DNA of 64,000 nucleotides from Octopus vulgaris (Eukaryota), in contig OX597826.1 of the NCBI GenBank assembly GCA_951406725.2, positions 74,772,001 through 74,836,000 on the forward strand. The letters are read 5' to 3'. Below, piece after piece: positions 14,181-31,189 of the stretch (positions are counted from its first letter, which is position 1; each line of letters begins with the position of its first letter). Under the pieces are notes generated by a model, which saw only the letters and a list, made by a program, of their open reading frames with translations, searched no databases and was not told the origin of the DNA. A program made the translations under genes and the position numbers.

Positions 14181-14380
14181 GATATTTGTTTCATTTATCT
14201 TATTTATTTAATACAGTTGTCGGTTACGAGTCATATGATATCATAAGATGATATAAAATAATGATTTCAATTTGGGGGGAGGGGGCGAGTTGATTAAATC
14301 GACGCCAGTACACAACTGGTACTTATTTTATCGATCCCGAATAGATGAAAGGCAAAGCGACAATCGAAATACTGCTAAGC

Positions 14381-14459
<79 letters not shown>

Positions 14460-14670
14460 CTAATAATATTTAATATTTTGCATAATTATATAATTATATA
14501 AATATAAGTATACAGTCTTTTATTCTTTCTGTCATTTTACTGCGGCCATGCTGGAGCAACGCCTTTAGTCGAGCAAATCGGCCCCAGGACTTGTTCTTTG
14601 TAAGCCTAGTACTTATTCTATCGGTTGTCAAGCGATGGCAGGGAACAAACACGGACACTCAAACACACAT

Positions 14671-14724
<54 letters not shown>

Positions 14725-14846
14725 GACGGGCTTCTTTCAGTTTCCATCTACCAAATCCACTCACAAGGCTTTGGTCGCCCCGAGGCTATAGTAGAAGACA
14801 CTCGTCCAAGGTGCCACGCAGTAGGACTGAACCCGGAACCTTGTAG

Positions 14847-14878
<32 letters not shown>

Positions 14879-14982
14879 ATATTTCGGAATGGTCATTTTG
14901 CCAGTTTAGCCAATAAAAACACACGCACTATATATTTTGCTTCATTGTTATTTATTTCTTACATTAATCTTAATCTTATTTC

Positions 14983-15027
14983 GGCCAGAGTTCTTTCGTC
15001 ACACTCCTGTGACCGCATCAGTGGTCC
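14983..15027 (-). ncRNA. Hammerhead-like motif with variant core, in a (TA)n-flanked PLE-like fragment (about 14875-15135)
   Basis: CCA-CTGATGC-G-GTCACA(GGAG)TGTGAC-GAAA-GAAC-TC-TGG. Confidence 0.55.
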
Positions 15028-15131
15028 TTTGTTTTCTTCTTTCTTATTTGTATCTCTCCTTACAAACCGTCAGCCATTTTGCATCAACACACGACTTCAC
15101 ATAAAAAATCTTGCACAACAAATATTTAAAC

Positions 15132-15200
<69 letters not shown>

Positions 15201-15474
15201 GACGTGTATGTCGTAGACCACAGGCGAGAGTTCTGAAATTAGTTCCAAAACAACCTGCCTATAGTGATCAAATGTTTGTGCTGCTGTATATCAGCTCCCT
15301 CTCTTCTTCAAACTAACATCGCATGGAAAAAGTGTTCCACATGTGCCACATGTCTGATACCAAAATGGTGGCAGAGCAACGTGAGCTCAAATGTTTTGCT
15401 CAAGAACACGTGTTCATCCCGTCCGGGAATCGAACTCAGGATCTCACAATCGTGAGTGCAAACACGTGACCTAA

Positions 15475-15529
<55 letters not shown>

Positions 15530-15799
15530 TTGTCAACATGTCAATCTGTGTGTCAACCTGTCAAGTTAATCAACATCTGTCCATCTTTCTCTGCGTCCGT
15601 CTCTTCGCCATCTGTCTCCCCGATTCACTCTTGTCATATCTTTTCGACAAGATTCCCACTGCACACCCTCCCCTGTAAACAACACGCACACACAACCACA
15701 CATACACACACACACACACACACTCACACACAAATGCACACACACACACACACATAAACACAAATGCACATACACATATGTATCAGTGTTTGTCGGTTT

Positions 15800-15952
15800 C
15801 CGTGTATGTATGTATGTAAGTATGTATGCATGTATGTATGTATGTATGTATGTATGTATGTATGTATGTATGTATGTATGTATGTATGTATGTATGTATG
15901 TGTGTATGTATGTATGTATGTATGAGTGTATGTGTGTGTGTATGTATGTATG

Positions 15953-15984
<32 letters not shown>

Positions 15985-16330
15985 TGTATGTATGTGTATG
16001 TGTGTATGTATGTATGTATGTATGTATGTATGTATGTATGTGTGTATGTATGTATGTATGTATGTATGTATGTATGTATGTGGGTATGTATATATGTGTG
16101 TGTATGCATGTATGTATGCATGTATGTGTGTATGTATGTATGTATGTGTGTATGTATGTATGTATGTATGTATGTGTGTATGTATGTATTTGTGTATGTA
16201 TGTATGTATGTATGCATGCATGTATGTATGCATGTATGTGTGTATGTATGTATGTGTGTATGTATGTATGTATGTATGTATGTATGTATGTATGTATGTA
16301 TGTATTTGTGTATGTATGTATGTACTATGT
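15800..16330. repeat. (TATG)n microsatellite
   Basis: Direct inspection. Confidence 0.95.
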
Positions 16331-18324
16331 ATGTATACTCCTATGCATGTATATATGTTCATTCATGAATATATGTATCCATGTATATATGCATGAACAT
16401 GCGTATGTACGCTTGTTTGTATATACATACTATATCTTGCATGTATCTTAATCTATATACAGTTGTATCAATATGTGTGTTCGTAGATGTCCGTGGGTGT
16501 GAGTCTACATCCGTTTTCCTTCCTCTGTTTACCAATTCCTTAGACCATGAATCACCTTTCTTATCTCTCCTTTATTCCCCTGTTGCTTCTATTTCCCAGC
16601 ATGCATTTCATTGCTAAATTTTCTTGCCAGTGTTTTATTTTATCTTCTGTGTTAGTAAAAAGTGCGGGAATTTATATACACACCCAGGCTTACAAACACA
16701 TCCATAGACAGATAGATAGACAGACACAGATACAGCCATATTTAACATGCGGCTTTCCACTTGGATGAGGGAAGAGTTTTCATTGCAGAAAATTCCCGGG
16801 ACTAATGACGTCATCGAATCGTAAACTTATGCACTTCTGCGTCATTGTGCTTCGTCAGCGACGAATACCAAATCCGTCTTTCACAGCCTTATAACAATGA
16901 TAGTTCTTATTTATAAGAACAGTAAACAAGAATGGTAAACATGTTTACTGGTGGGCTTAAAGCCTGAATTTCTCTTGGGCTCCTTGGACTAATCCGCAGC
17001 GAAAGGCTTCCCCAAGTCCGAATGCACACAAAAGTGTTAGTTATGATTATACTCATGGCTGTCTATATTCATTTTTAAAGGCTGTGTTTTCCAAAGTGGA
17101 GGCGAACGCCTTTCTCCTTGTGATCGGCTTGAAACTTTTTTAAGACACTAGGATATTTTCCAACTTTTCTTAACATGAAACCGAATGCTTCAGAAAGATT
17201 ACAAAAGTTTTACTTGGCGGTAAAGACTATATTCTGCTTCTCACAGAAGTGTTGGAATCTGGCACTTGTCGATGAGAACTTATTACCTCTATAGTCCTTC
17301 AACAGCGATCTCAACGACCAGTGAAAGGATACTATTAAGCACATTACTAACCGTCATAGTATTAGTTACTAAAATTCCACACCATACTATGCATCAAACG
17401 TATTGAGCTGATGCAGTATAAACAGTTATGACATCCTTTAGAAGCCGGTTATTTTACAGGAAATAACAGGGTGTCAAGTATAATTTTACCATTTATTTGA
17501 AATGGTTTAGTATGATATTCTGCTGTATAATATGTTGGTATAAAGTACACTGCAATCATTTTAATTTAATTTGTAAATTCTTCCGCTTCGCGTGTCTATC
17601 GGTACAACTGTTTGGATTGCTCACACTAGACATTTTGATTTCGTCTAGTCTAAGATACATTAATTTATATGCTTAAACCAGTTGGCAAACTGTATTTCGA
17701 TACATTTCTTTTTTCTTTTTTTTTTTTTTGATGGGGCTGGACTATTTTGCAGTTATGTGTCAAAGAGATAATATTGCTACGAGAAGTAATTCTATTTATA
17801 TTCAGGGATCAGGGTTGAGCTGATTTTCTTCGGGCTTTGTCTTTACCCCGATATGTAGAGAAGACTAAGGTTTTCTATATTATCTTCACTTTATGACAAT
17901 ACATTAAGAAGGCCAGAGTTTATCGTAATGTCTCGAATTTGTCATAGTGCATGAAGATATGTCTCGATAATGTCTCGAATTTGTCACAGTGCCAAGATAT
18001 GTTTAGACTTTGCTTTGTCATAATACATAAAAAAATATCAAGGATTCATGCGCCACTTTGACTTTATCACAGGACGTAAAGAGAACCGAGATCTTACACA
18101 GTCTCGACTTCGCAGCAATAGATACATAGGATTGAGCTCTGCTAGAACGTCTTCGACACAGTCTACATATCCGAAGACTTCGGTGATGATTCAATCACTA
18201 CCTTCTTTTGTGTCGGGGTAAAAGAAAATATATCCTTAGAAGCTGAACATATGTGGGCAACTGATAGGAAAATTCATAATGTGCTTTTTCAATAGCCAGG
18301 AAAATCAATATTTAACTGTCCATG

Positions 18325-18398
<74 letters not shown>

Positions 18399-18632
18399 CA
18401 TACATACATACATACATACATACATACATACATACATGCATACATACATACATACATACATACATACACACATACATACATACACACATACATACATACG
18501 TACATACATACGTACATACATACATACATACATACATACATACATACATACATACATACATGCATACATACATACACACATACATACACACATACATACA
18601 TACGTACATACATACATACATACATACATACA

Positions 18633-18663
<31 letters not shown>

Positions 18664-18720
18664 GTATATACACAGCCACTACACATTCTTTATTTTCTCT
18701 CCTTGTTTCTTTCTCTGTTC

Positions 18721-18756
18721 CTTTCTGTGGAAGAGCGTAGGCTCGAAACGTTAAAG
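18721..18756 (+). ncRNA. Minimal hammerhead-like motif, degenerate core
   Basis: CTTT-CTGTGGA-A-GAGC(GTAG)GCTC-GAAA-CGTT-AAAG. Same family as 47665-47700. Confidence 0.5.
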
Positions 18757-18846
18757 ACTTCTTCACTTCCCGAGCGTTATACTAATACATCTGTTTGTTT
18801 TGTACACCACCTGTCTTCGTCTTTTGTTATTTTTGTGAATTATCCC

Positions 18847-18877
<31 letters not shown>

Positions 18878-19354
18878 GTATACATGTGAATACATATGTA
18901 TGAATACATGTATGTGCATATACCACCTTATGTGGGTGTATATACCTATAAATATCTGTACAAATGTGTATACAAATAAATAAATAAATAAATAAATAAA
19001 TAAATATGTGTGTATGTGTGTGTGCGCGCGTACGTGCGTGTATATGTATGTGTATGTATGAGAATGTTGCATGATTGTATGGTATGTGTTGTTTGTATAT
19101 ATCTGACATGCTTCGTAGGGAAAAGGCGTTTTGCCAAATAAACTACATAAAAATTCGCTGTTGGAAGCAACTTGATGCTTTCGGAGCCAAAGTCGAAGTG
19201 GCTATGAAACAGCAATCATTAAACTCGGAACTGGAATGCTGCACGGAAACATCTGCAAATAGGAAACATCAAAGTTTATGTCTATTCATTAACCTGGAAG
19301 TTACCTGGAAATTTGTCCATTTTTCTTGAGATGTTGGGGACGGGGGTGAGGTTG

Positions 19355-20070
<716 letters not shown>

Positions 20071-20551
20071 CGTTGCTGTGTTCGTTTTGATTGGTTGCTC
20101 ATGTTGACGATGGAATTTGTTTTGCGCGGATATATCCCAGAATCCAATTAGCGTATAAAATAAACCAGACGGCGATATTCGGTTCGTGTTTGAAGACAGC
20201 TTAGCCTTAAGGTTAGAGGAAAACGTAAATAAGAAAGAAAAAAGAAACAACTCAGCTTCTGCATTTCCCTTATCTCGGTGACATGTTAACGTCCGAGATT
20301 TCTCGAGGACGACTGAGAACGCCCATTGCATGAGAACGCAGACGATCTACGAGACGAGACGCCATTGCTTAAACTTTGTATGGTTGCAGATAACTACGAC
20401 AACGTTCCCTTGCGATGTTTTTTACTGGAAGTTTTAAGTGTCTTTCGTAGCGAAATAAGTGCAAAATTTATGGTATCTGTTATGAGAAAATTTGGGGTGT
20501 CTCTGCGATATCGCTGAAACATTATTTTGAAAATAAAAATAAAAAACATTA

Positions 20552-21425
20552 CTCTTTTTACTCTTTAACTTGTTTCAGTCATTTGATTGCGGCCATGCTG
20601 GAGCACCGCCTTTAGTCGAGCAAATCGACACCAAGACTTATTCTTTGTAAGCCTAGTACTTATTCTATCGGTCTCTTTTGCCGAACCGCTAAGTTACGGC
20701 GACATAAACACACCAGCATCGGTTGTCAAGCGATGTTGGGGGGACAAACCGACACACAAACATATACACACACATACATATATGTATATACATATATACG
20801 ACAGGCTTCTTTCAGTTTCCGTCTACCAAATCCACTGACAAGGCTTTGATCGGCCCGAGGCTATAGTAGAAGATACTTGCCCAAGGTGCCAAGCAGTGGG
20901 ACTGAACCCGAAACCATGTGGTTGGTAAGCAAGCTACTTACCACACAGCCACTCACATTGAAAGAATATGTCACAGACTTCGAATGTGACCTCCTGAAAG
21001 CAACTTGTTTTCTAGAGAATTCATTGTTTGTCGAATGAAGTGAAGGAGAGTTTTATCTTTTACTTGTTTCACTCATTAGACTGTGGTCATACTGGGGCAC
21101 TATCTTGAAGAATCTTAGTCAAAGGAATCGAGCCCAGTACCTTTTTTAAAGCCTAGTACATATTCTATTGGTCTTTTTTTGCTGAACCACTAATTTTCGG
21201 GGTCGTAAGCACACCGTCAACGGTTGTCAAACTGTGTGGGACAAACACAAACACAAAAGACAGACATAGATTCGACGGGCTTCTTTCTGTTTCCGTCTAC
21301 CAAATCCGCTTACAAGGCTTTGGCTAGCCTGAAGCTATAGTAGAAGACACTTGCCCAAGGTGCCACGCGGTGGGACTGAACCTGGAAGCATGTGGTTGAG
21401 ATGTAAACTTCTTACCACACAGTCA
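20552..21425 (-). mobile_element. Two tandem SINE family A copies (a younger and an older one)
   Basis: Matches to 1596-2091. Confidence 0.8.
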
Positions 21426-22214
21426 AGCCTAAGAATTTTCCAGAATAAAGACAGTGATATAACGATGTGGTTTCGAGTTCGATCTTACTGCGCGGCACTT
21501 TGCGCAAGTATCTTATACCATGACATCAGATTAACCATTTATTGTATCGTCCGGTTCCAGAAAAAAATCCCCCCAAATCGCAGAGCCCCTTACCACTAAA
21601 AGACTTGGCTAAAGCGTGGAATTTGACAGCAAGGTCACAAGAACTTCATTCACGTAGTACAAACCTACAGCTACAATTCACATATAATTAACATATTTCT
21701 CAGTACCATGGTTACAGTAACGTGTTGATTGTTTTTTTAATGCATTGGTGATGGTTAACAAGAGTTTACAGACACTGGTAGCAAAACCGCATTTGTTATG
21801 CTTGGTTTCTGGAGAATCGACAATGATGACATCTCACGCGCCTTTAGAATCTGACAGAAGTACCACCGAAGTAGACGCCATCTGTTGGTTGTCAGTTTAG
21901 TTATTCAGCTGACAATACACCCTCTACGACGCTATACAATGGTAATTAAGCGGAGAAGACAAACATAGATAATTAGTTACGATTTACAAGCCGTGGAATA
22001 TGCTAAACAACGCCGGGCAGCTGAGTGACAGACCTCGACCAACCGAAAAAAAAAACAATGATTTGGGAATTGAGAAAACAATGGGCGGTACTAAAGAAAA
22101 TGAGAAAGAGAAGAAAAAACAAAGAGGATGTCAAAAAGAAGCAAATTTCTCAACAGAGCAAGTTTGAAAATTGTAGATAGGCAATCAACGATGTATGGTG
22201 GGTATATATATATA

Positions 22215-22760
22215 TTTCTTTACTACCCACAAGGGGCTAAAACACAGAGAGGATAAACAAGGACAAACAAACGGATTAAGTCGATTACATCGACCCCAGT
22301 ATGTAACTGGTACTTAATTTATCGATTCCGAAAAGATGAAAGGCAAAGTTAACCTCGACGGAATTTGAACTCAGAACGTAACGGCAGACGAAATACCTAT
22401 TTCTATTCCATTACTACCCACAAGGGGCTAAACACAGAGAGGATAAACAAGGACAAACACAAGGATTAAGGGTTGATAAAATAAGTACCAGTTGAGCCCT
22501 GGGGTCGATGCAAGTTTACCCCTTCCCGAAAATGCTGGCCTGTGCCCAACGGAATTTGAACTCAGAACGTAGCGGCAGACGAAATACCTATTTCTATTTC
22601 TTTACTACCCACAAGGGGCTAAAACACAGAGAGGATAAACAAGGACAAACACAAGGATTAAGGGTTGATAAAATAAGTACCAGTTGAGCCCTGGGGGTCG
22701 ATGCAATTAATTTACCCCCCTTCCCTGAAAATGCTGGCCTTGTGCCAAAATTTGAAACCA
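22215..22760 (-). mobile_element. SINE family B multimer
   Basis: Repeated TACTACCCACAAGGGGCTAAAC units. Confidence 0.8.
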
Positions 22761-22837
22761 ATATTATTATCGATACGGTAGCGATCTGACGTGCGCCTTA
22801 TCGATGGAAATTGCACGGAAAACTTTGGTACATACGT

Positions 22838-23412
<575 letters not shown>

Positions 23413-24093
23413 CTGTGTATTTATATAAGCGAAGGGTGAGAACCAGTACATTCCCAAACAGAAATATCTACCGGATATTAGTGTCGGGTTGAACCAGCTC
23501 CCTTTATGCCGATGTCCACGTTGCATTTCATATCTAAAGAGGACGAGGGAATAAGCATTAGATAAAGTAGTTGGACAATATAATCGGGACCCCTTGTACG
23601 GCCGCTGTCAAATGACTGAATCTAATAAAAGGGAAACACGTTATCTACAAACTAGATTCCTTGTCCAATGACGAAGAAAACAACCAAATGTCTGGAGCTG
23701 ATTTGAAATCAGAATACGTGGGCTGGTGAGCCATAAACTTATCTACCCAACTAGTTTGCATCCTTCGGCAATAGTAAACCGTAATCAGTAGAACTCAAGG
23801 AAGTTAGTGCTAATCTGCAATTAAGCAAAGCAAAGAAGGGAAGACGTCCGTCTGTTAGTATGCCGTGAGGGGCCTGCGTGTGAAAGGAATGATGATAACA
23901 GCTAACTTTCTGTCGGGTCGCAAAACGAAATACACACAGTAAAATAAAATACATACAATCTCCTGACAAGAAACATGACTGCTGAACGAAAGTAAATTGT
24001 TTAACACAAATTACTTTTGAAATAGGAAGAGAAGAAACTGGGGGGAAGTCATGTGCGAAAGAGATACGATAGCATGAGATAAGCGCCTCTGAT

Positions 24094-24204
<111 letters not shown>

Positions 24205-24225
24205 TACATATATATATATATTATG

Positions 24226-24381
<156 letters not shown>

Positions 24382-24714
24382 CGTTATGGCGTTATCAGTG
24401 AGATATTCCTAAGTGACGAACCCTTCCCACAAAAGACATTAACCAAATTAACCCATTAATTGTCTTTTTTATGTGATACAGTGCAAGATTTTCATTTTCT
24501 TCTTTTTTTTTCTTTTTCTTTCCCCCTCCTTTTTTTCTTTTCTTTTTTGCTTACTATATATAATGTTAACAAAACTTTAAATGTTGATTTTGATGGCAGC
24601 TTTGCTATTAGACTATTATTAGAATACTATTATTTGTTGTTTTTTTCTCAATTAAATACGCAATTACACGAACACAGACACACACACAGATTTATGCATA
24701 CATACCTATGTATG

Positions 24715-24745
<31 letters not shown>

Positions 24746-24859
24746 GTATGTATGTATGTATGTATGTATAATAGAACAAACAGCAGGCATCGAATCAGAT
24801 TATGACATATTTATACAACATATAAAAAGAAACAAATGCATTTGACATTGTATTACCCA

Positions 24860-24892
<33 letters not shown>

Positions 24893-24893
<1 letters not shown>

Positions 24894-25278
24894 AGAGGTG
24901 CAATGGCCCAATGGTTAGGGTAGCGGACTCGCGGTCGTAGGATTGCGGTGTCGACTCCCAGACCGGGCGTCGTAACTGTTTATAAAGCAAAAGTACCTAA
25001 AGCTCCACAAGCACCGGCAGTGTATGGTGACGAACCCTGCTCTACTCTTTTACCACAGTTTTCTCTCACCCTTTCTTCCTGTTTCTGTTGTAATCTGTAT
25101 TTCAAAGGGGCCAGCACACTTGACACACTCTGTGTCACACTGAATCTCCCCGAGAACTACGTTAAGGGGTACATGTGTCTGTGGAGTGCTCAGCCACTTG
25201 CACGTTAATTTCAAGAGCAGGCTGTTCCGTTGATCGGATCAACTGGAACCCTCGTCGTCGTAACCGACGGAGTGCCAC
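24893..25278 (+). mobile_element. SINE family C, older copy
   Basis: Diverged match to 25357-25739. Further old or partial copies at about 8900-9230, 44425-44595, 51658-51800 and 58570-58730. Confidence 0.8.
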
Positions 25279-25356
25279 GATATATATACACACACATACA
25301 TACATACGTACGTACGTACATACACATATACACCAGGTGTGTATGCATTCCAGATA

Positions 25357-25739
25357 GGAGGCGCAATGGCCCAGTGGTTAGGGCAGCGGACTCGCGGTCA
25401 TAGGATCGCGGTTTCGATTCCCAGACCGGGCGTTGTGAGTGTTTATTGAGCGAAAACACCTAAAGCTCCACGAGGCTCCGGCAGGGATGGTGGTGATCCC
25501 TACTGTACTCTTTCACCACAACTTTCTCTCACTCTTACTTCCTGTTTCTGTTGTACCTGTATTTCAAAGGGCCGGCCTTGTCACTCTCTGTGTCACGCTG
25601 AATTTCCCCGAGAACTATGTTAAGGGTACACGTGTCTGTGGAGTGCTCAGCCACTTACACGTTAATTTCACGAGCAGGCTGTTCCGTTGATTCGGATCAA
25701 CCGGAACCCTCGTCGTCGTACACCGACGGAGTGCTTCCA
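25357..25739 (+). mobile_element. SINE family C with TSD
   Basis: TSD ATGCATTCCAGATA / ATGTATTCCAGATA (25343-25356, 25740-25753). Confidence 0.9.
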
Positions 25740-26013
25740 ATGTATTCCAGATATATTTTTGCCCTTTTATTCTTTTACGTGTTTAAATCATTCGACTGCT
25801 GCACTGCCTTCATCACGAATGGTTTTTGTCGATTTTATCAACTCAAATTGTCGAACTGCTACGTAACGAGGCATTGATAAAGAGTGCCATTAACGGTGTC
25901 AGCATAAAGACGGATACGGAGACAGACCAATACATATACGTACACGCACGCTCACACATACGCACACAGCACAAAAACACACGGATACATACACATATAC
26001 ATAGATCACACAC

Positions 26014-26072
<59 letters not shown>

Positions 26073-26222
26073 TATATATATACATCGTTTAAATTTTTTC
26101 ACGGGAAACGTTTTGAATATGAAAATAAAGCCCCTATTCCATTATGCCGGCCATCGTCGAATGACGTTGTCAAGCGAGCCAGTTTTCCGGGGTTTCATCG
26201 AGCTGTACCGATATAATGTAGG

Positions 26223-26347
<125 letters not shown>

Positions 26348-26409
26348 AAGAAGAAGAACAACAACAACAACAACAACAACAATAATAATAACAACAACAA
26401 TAACAATAA

Positions 26410-26889
26410 TCTACGGATGGAATTTAACGCATTGCTACGCACGTTTCCACAAATCCCATGACTCTTGAGATCACAGTCCGAATTGCTGGGCATCCGGTTG
26501 ATCACCACCATGGATTCATTTCTTCAGGCGATATATATCATTAGTGGATGTACAACAGAGAGATGCCTGTCTCTTTTTGCCAGTATGAAGGTCAAGCGAG
26601 TTCTGTGAGCATTTCTGTGTTTGTTTGGTGGGGAGGAGAGGAGGTAGTACAAAATGGAGGCGGGAATGGTAGTTATATGGGGATGTAGGTGTGTGTGGTG
26701 GTGTTTTACATCAACTAATGCTATATCGCCTGAAGAAATGAATCCATGAAGATGATCAACCGGATACCCACGGATACTGCGGACTGCACTGTAATCATCC
26801 CAGAAATACGGACTGTGATCTTAAGAGTCATATGATTTTGTGGAAACGCGCGTAGCGATGCATTAAATGTTTGTAAATTCCATCCTAGA
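26410..26889. mobile_element. Diverged inverted repeat (26410-26556 / 26704-26889), each arm with an HHR-like motif; PLE-like inverted pLTR
   Basis: Plus arm: ATCGC-CTGAAGA-[about 106 nt]-GAAA-CGCGCG-TA-GCGAT (26725-26859). Minus arm at 26431-26532. Confidence 0.6.
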
Positions 26890-26897
26890 ATTAGTTA

Positions 26898-26968
<71 letters not shown>

Positions 26969-27478
26969 GAGTGAGAAAGCACAGCACGCCATCAAAGTGA
27001 CACTGGGGTAAAATATACGAAGCCCAGTATACCCATCATGACTACCCGTTTGATAAGAGTACACCAGACACATGCATCACAACCATATGTGCGTGACATG
27101 GTGATCTCATATCAATATAATCAGCGCATGACCTTGCAGGTGGGGCCCAGTTAGAATTTTCTTCTGGTCGAGTAGCCCACCCCACTCAAAAAGTCCCTGA
27201 ATAAGGGTTGTTTAAGGATGTTGAACGAACCATTCATGTTTCAAAAGGGGAATTATCCAAAGCCCCAAAGAATTCCTCTCAACACATGATTATGATGCCC
27301 CCCCTCACTACTTCTGCTCGTGATCAGAGATGCACATATCATCAGCCACTAAAGGACATGGTCAACTGGTTACGGTCAAACAACTGACAAGCAAATCTGT
27401 GGTATTGAGCAGAATATTTGCTGTAGCCCATCTTTTATACCAAGACAAAACAATATTCATGATAGCACCTCCAATCAG

Positions 27479-27480
<2 letters not shown>
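26969..27480 (-). mobile_element. Second copy of the (TAA)n-embedded element
   Basis: Reverse complement of about 120-628. Flanked by (TTA)n on both sides. Confidence 0.7.
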
Positions 27481-27559
<79 letters not shown>

Positions 27560-27562
27560 TAC

Positions 27563-27602
<40 letters not shown>

Positions 27603-27654
27603 GTTTTTATTATTATTATTATTATTATCATTATTATTATTATTATTATTATTG

Positions 27655-27688
<34 letters not shown>

Positions 27689-27882
27689 CATTATTATTAT
27701 TATTATTACTATTACTATTATTATTATTATTACTATTACTATTACTATTATTATTATTATTATTATTATTACTATTACTATTATTATTATCATTATTATT
27801 ATTATTATTATTATTACTACTACTACTACTACTATTATTATTATTATTATTATTATCATCATCATCATTATTATTATTATCA

Positions 27883-27931
<49 letters not shown>

Positions 27932-27938
27932 CATCATC

Positions 27939-27974
<36 letters not shown>

Positions 27975-28057
27975 TACTATTATTACTACTACTACTACTA
28001 CTACTACTATTATTATTATTATTATTATTATCATCATCATCATTATTATTATTATCA

Positions 28058-28097
<40 letters not shown>

Positions 28098-28105
28098 CAT
28101 TATCA

Positions 28106-28148
<43 letters not shown>
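27480..28148. repeat. (ATT)n microsatellite, about 670 bp
   Basis: Direct inspection. Confidence 0.97.
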
Positions 28149-28151
<3 letters not shown>

Positions 28152-28975
28152 CAAGCATACATACATACATACATATATTTTTAGAATGTATGGTCTTTTG
28201 TCTCTAGAATTCAGGTCAACAAGGTACTGTTGACTAAGCATTAGGTAACAGATTATTTTTAGAAGGTTTCAGATGTAAGCGAAGACATAGCTGGTCTCAC
28301 TTTCCACCACGTCGTCGACGGGTTGACGAGGAATTAAGCAATACATTGCGCTGGCATTAGCCTTTATTTTCGCGATCATCGGAATTGCTTTTCGAATTCA
28401 GATAATTCCATCTGGCGCCACAAAACATAGAAATAAAAGGCCCTTTCGTTGAGATATTTGTTAACAACATCTGGATAAATAGTAAACCGTTTCTTCTTCC
28501 AGTAACTCAATTCTAAAAAAATTTTCTAACCCTTTCAGACAAATAAGTGATTTGAACTCATACAGCATCTCCTGACCTTATTTTTATATCATTTTCTGGG
28601 GGCTTTTTTTTCTCCCTCTTTATTTTCGTCCCTTTTTATCTATCCCTGCTCTTTTTTTTTAGCAAATAACACGTTCTCAAAGGAGTTGGTTGGAAATCAA
28701 AGGAAATTTGCTGAAATAAAAGCTTTCTGTCTAATTCTTAAGGGGGAAAATGTGCGAGGAATTCAAAGACCGTTGTATTTTGAAAAGAATTGTTGGATTT
28801 CTTGAAGCAAAAACAAAAAAGCGAAAATTAAGCTGAATGTGTGTGTGTTTATGTGTGTGTACGTGTGCGTGTGTGTGTAAACATGTCTGTCTGTATATAC
28901 AAATATATATATATATATAAGATACATATACATATACATATATATATATAAGATACATATACATATATATATAAG

Positions 28976-29032
<57 letters not shown>

Positions 29033-29278
29033 TACTTATGGACACACATACATGCAAGCATGCCTATGTGTGTGTTCGTATGTGTATATATGTTTATTTT
29101 GTGTGTACAAATACATGTACGATTGTCAATGCTATGTTTAGAGCTCCATGTAGATTATCATCATCCAGCAGCCTCCTTCCAGTAGAGTGACAAGCAGCTT
29201 CTATACGTAGTTGAATTACTAGTTATGAAATACAGGACAAATGTTTATCGTAAGTTCTATAAATGTATGTGTACATAA

Positions 29279-29417
<139 letters not shown>

Positions 29418-29884
29418 CGCATATATATATGCATATATTTACTTTTATATACATACATTCATACGTATCTATATTCTTGCATACACACATAAACATACAC
29501 ACACACATAAACATACACACACACATATATGCATATATGTATAATAAGTATGTGTGTGTGTTTGTGCGTGCTTATCCCATGTTTATGTAGTATTTTTCGT
29601 GTTCTATTAGAAAATGTATCATTCCACTAAAGCGCCGATCCTTCACAAAAAGAACCCTTTTCTCGCCACTTCTCCTGCGTCGCGAAACGTTCAAAACCTC
29701 TGATATAAGACTTCCTACATAAACGATGTTGTTTTGTTTTCTTCTCAAGCACATGACCATTATTGCTAAATTTCAAAATGGAATAAGTTTGGCTGGACTT
29801 TGCTTATTATACACCCAAAGCAAAATAGATAGCAAAATCAGAGTGAGAGGTGGGCAGAAAGGGATTGAGCAGTAGAGAATTCTT

Positions 29885-30230
29885 TTCTTTTCTACACTAG
29901 GCACAAGGCCCGAAATTTTGGGGGAGGGTGCCAGTCGATTAGATCGACCCACTACGCAACTGGTACTTAATTTATCGACCCCGAATGGATGAAAGGCTAA
30001 GTCGACCTCGGCGGATTTTGAACTCAGAACGTAAAGACAGCCGAAATACTGCTAAGCATTTCGCCCGGCGTTCTAACGTTTCTTATTTCTTTATTGCCCA
30101 CAGGGGGCTAAACATAGAGGGGACAAACAAGGACAGACAAACGGATTAAGTCGATTACATCGACCTCCAGTGCGTAACTGGTACTTATTTAATTGACCCC
30201 CGAAAAGATGAAACGCAAAGTCGACCTCGA
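29885..30230 (-). mobile_element. SINE family B pieces
   Basis: Match to family B. More pieces at 31320-31862 and 46430-46620. Confidence 0.75.
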
Positions 30231-31189
30231 ATTAGCAATTCTGCCAAGATCAATGTTGCCGTTCATCCTGTCGATTCGATAAAAAAAAAAATGCCAGTTC
30301 AGGGTGATTGATTGATTGGCTAAATTTTACGGAATTGAGTAAAATACACAGCGGTAGTTGTTCCGGCCCTTTTTATTCTGTGTTCTTAGGTTTCCTTCCT
30401 CTCTTCCTTCCTTCTTTCCTTCCTTCCTTCCTTCCTTCCTTCACTCATTCATTCATTCTTTTCTTGCTTCCTTCTTCCCATCAATCACCGGAGTCCCGAA
30501 ACGAATAAAAGGTCCCCGGTGCCAAACTTCCCCACCCTGAATAAACAATGAAGAGAAATGAATGTTTCTTCAGACCCAGGGAAAATGTGATTTATATAAA
30601 GGACCCCATGACTAAGGGACGGACGATAAGCCTGACCTCGTTTTTTTGCCCAACCGGATTCTCACATCACCATCTTCGGTTGGTGGTGGTAGTGGTGGTG
30701 GTGGTAGTGGTGGTGGTGGTAGTGGTGGTGGTGGGGAGTCAACAAAATGAATGAAAACCAACCCCTTCCCTCCGCCACCCTTCAGACGATATTCTGTCTT
30801 GTACACTCTCCCCACCACTCACACGCCACAGATAGAAGTTAGGAGATTAGTTGACTGGTATCAATATACAATAACAGCGTCGAAATGTAAACCAAGCGAC
30901 ATTGTAATGTTCTTACCACCACGCTGTTTACATTTTCCACCATCTTAAAATGACACGTGATCAACCGTATTATCCATTCCTATCCTACCACTTCCTTTTC
31001 TCTTTTACTCTCTCTCTCTCTCTCTCCCTCCCTCTCTCTCTCTCTCTCATGCACACACACATATATATATATACACATACACATGCACACACACACATGA
31101 CTATCAATACAGCATGGCAGTAGAGATATGTGATACCCCTAATAACGCAAAGATTAGATCTTTATATGCTTGACAACAGATGTATTCTG

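Noticed and set aside
16800-16860. CRE/AP-1-like cluster (TGACGTCA, TGCGTCA)
   Set aside because: Short motifs of this kind are expected by chance in 64 kb, and there is no independent evidence.
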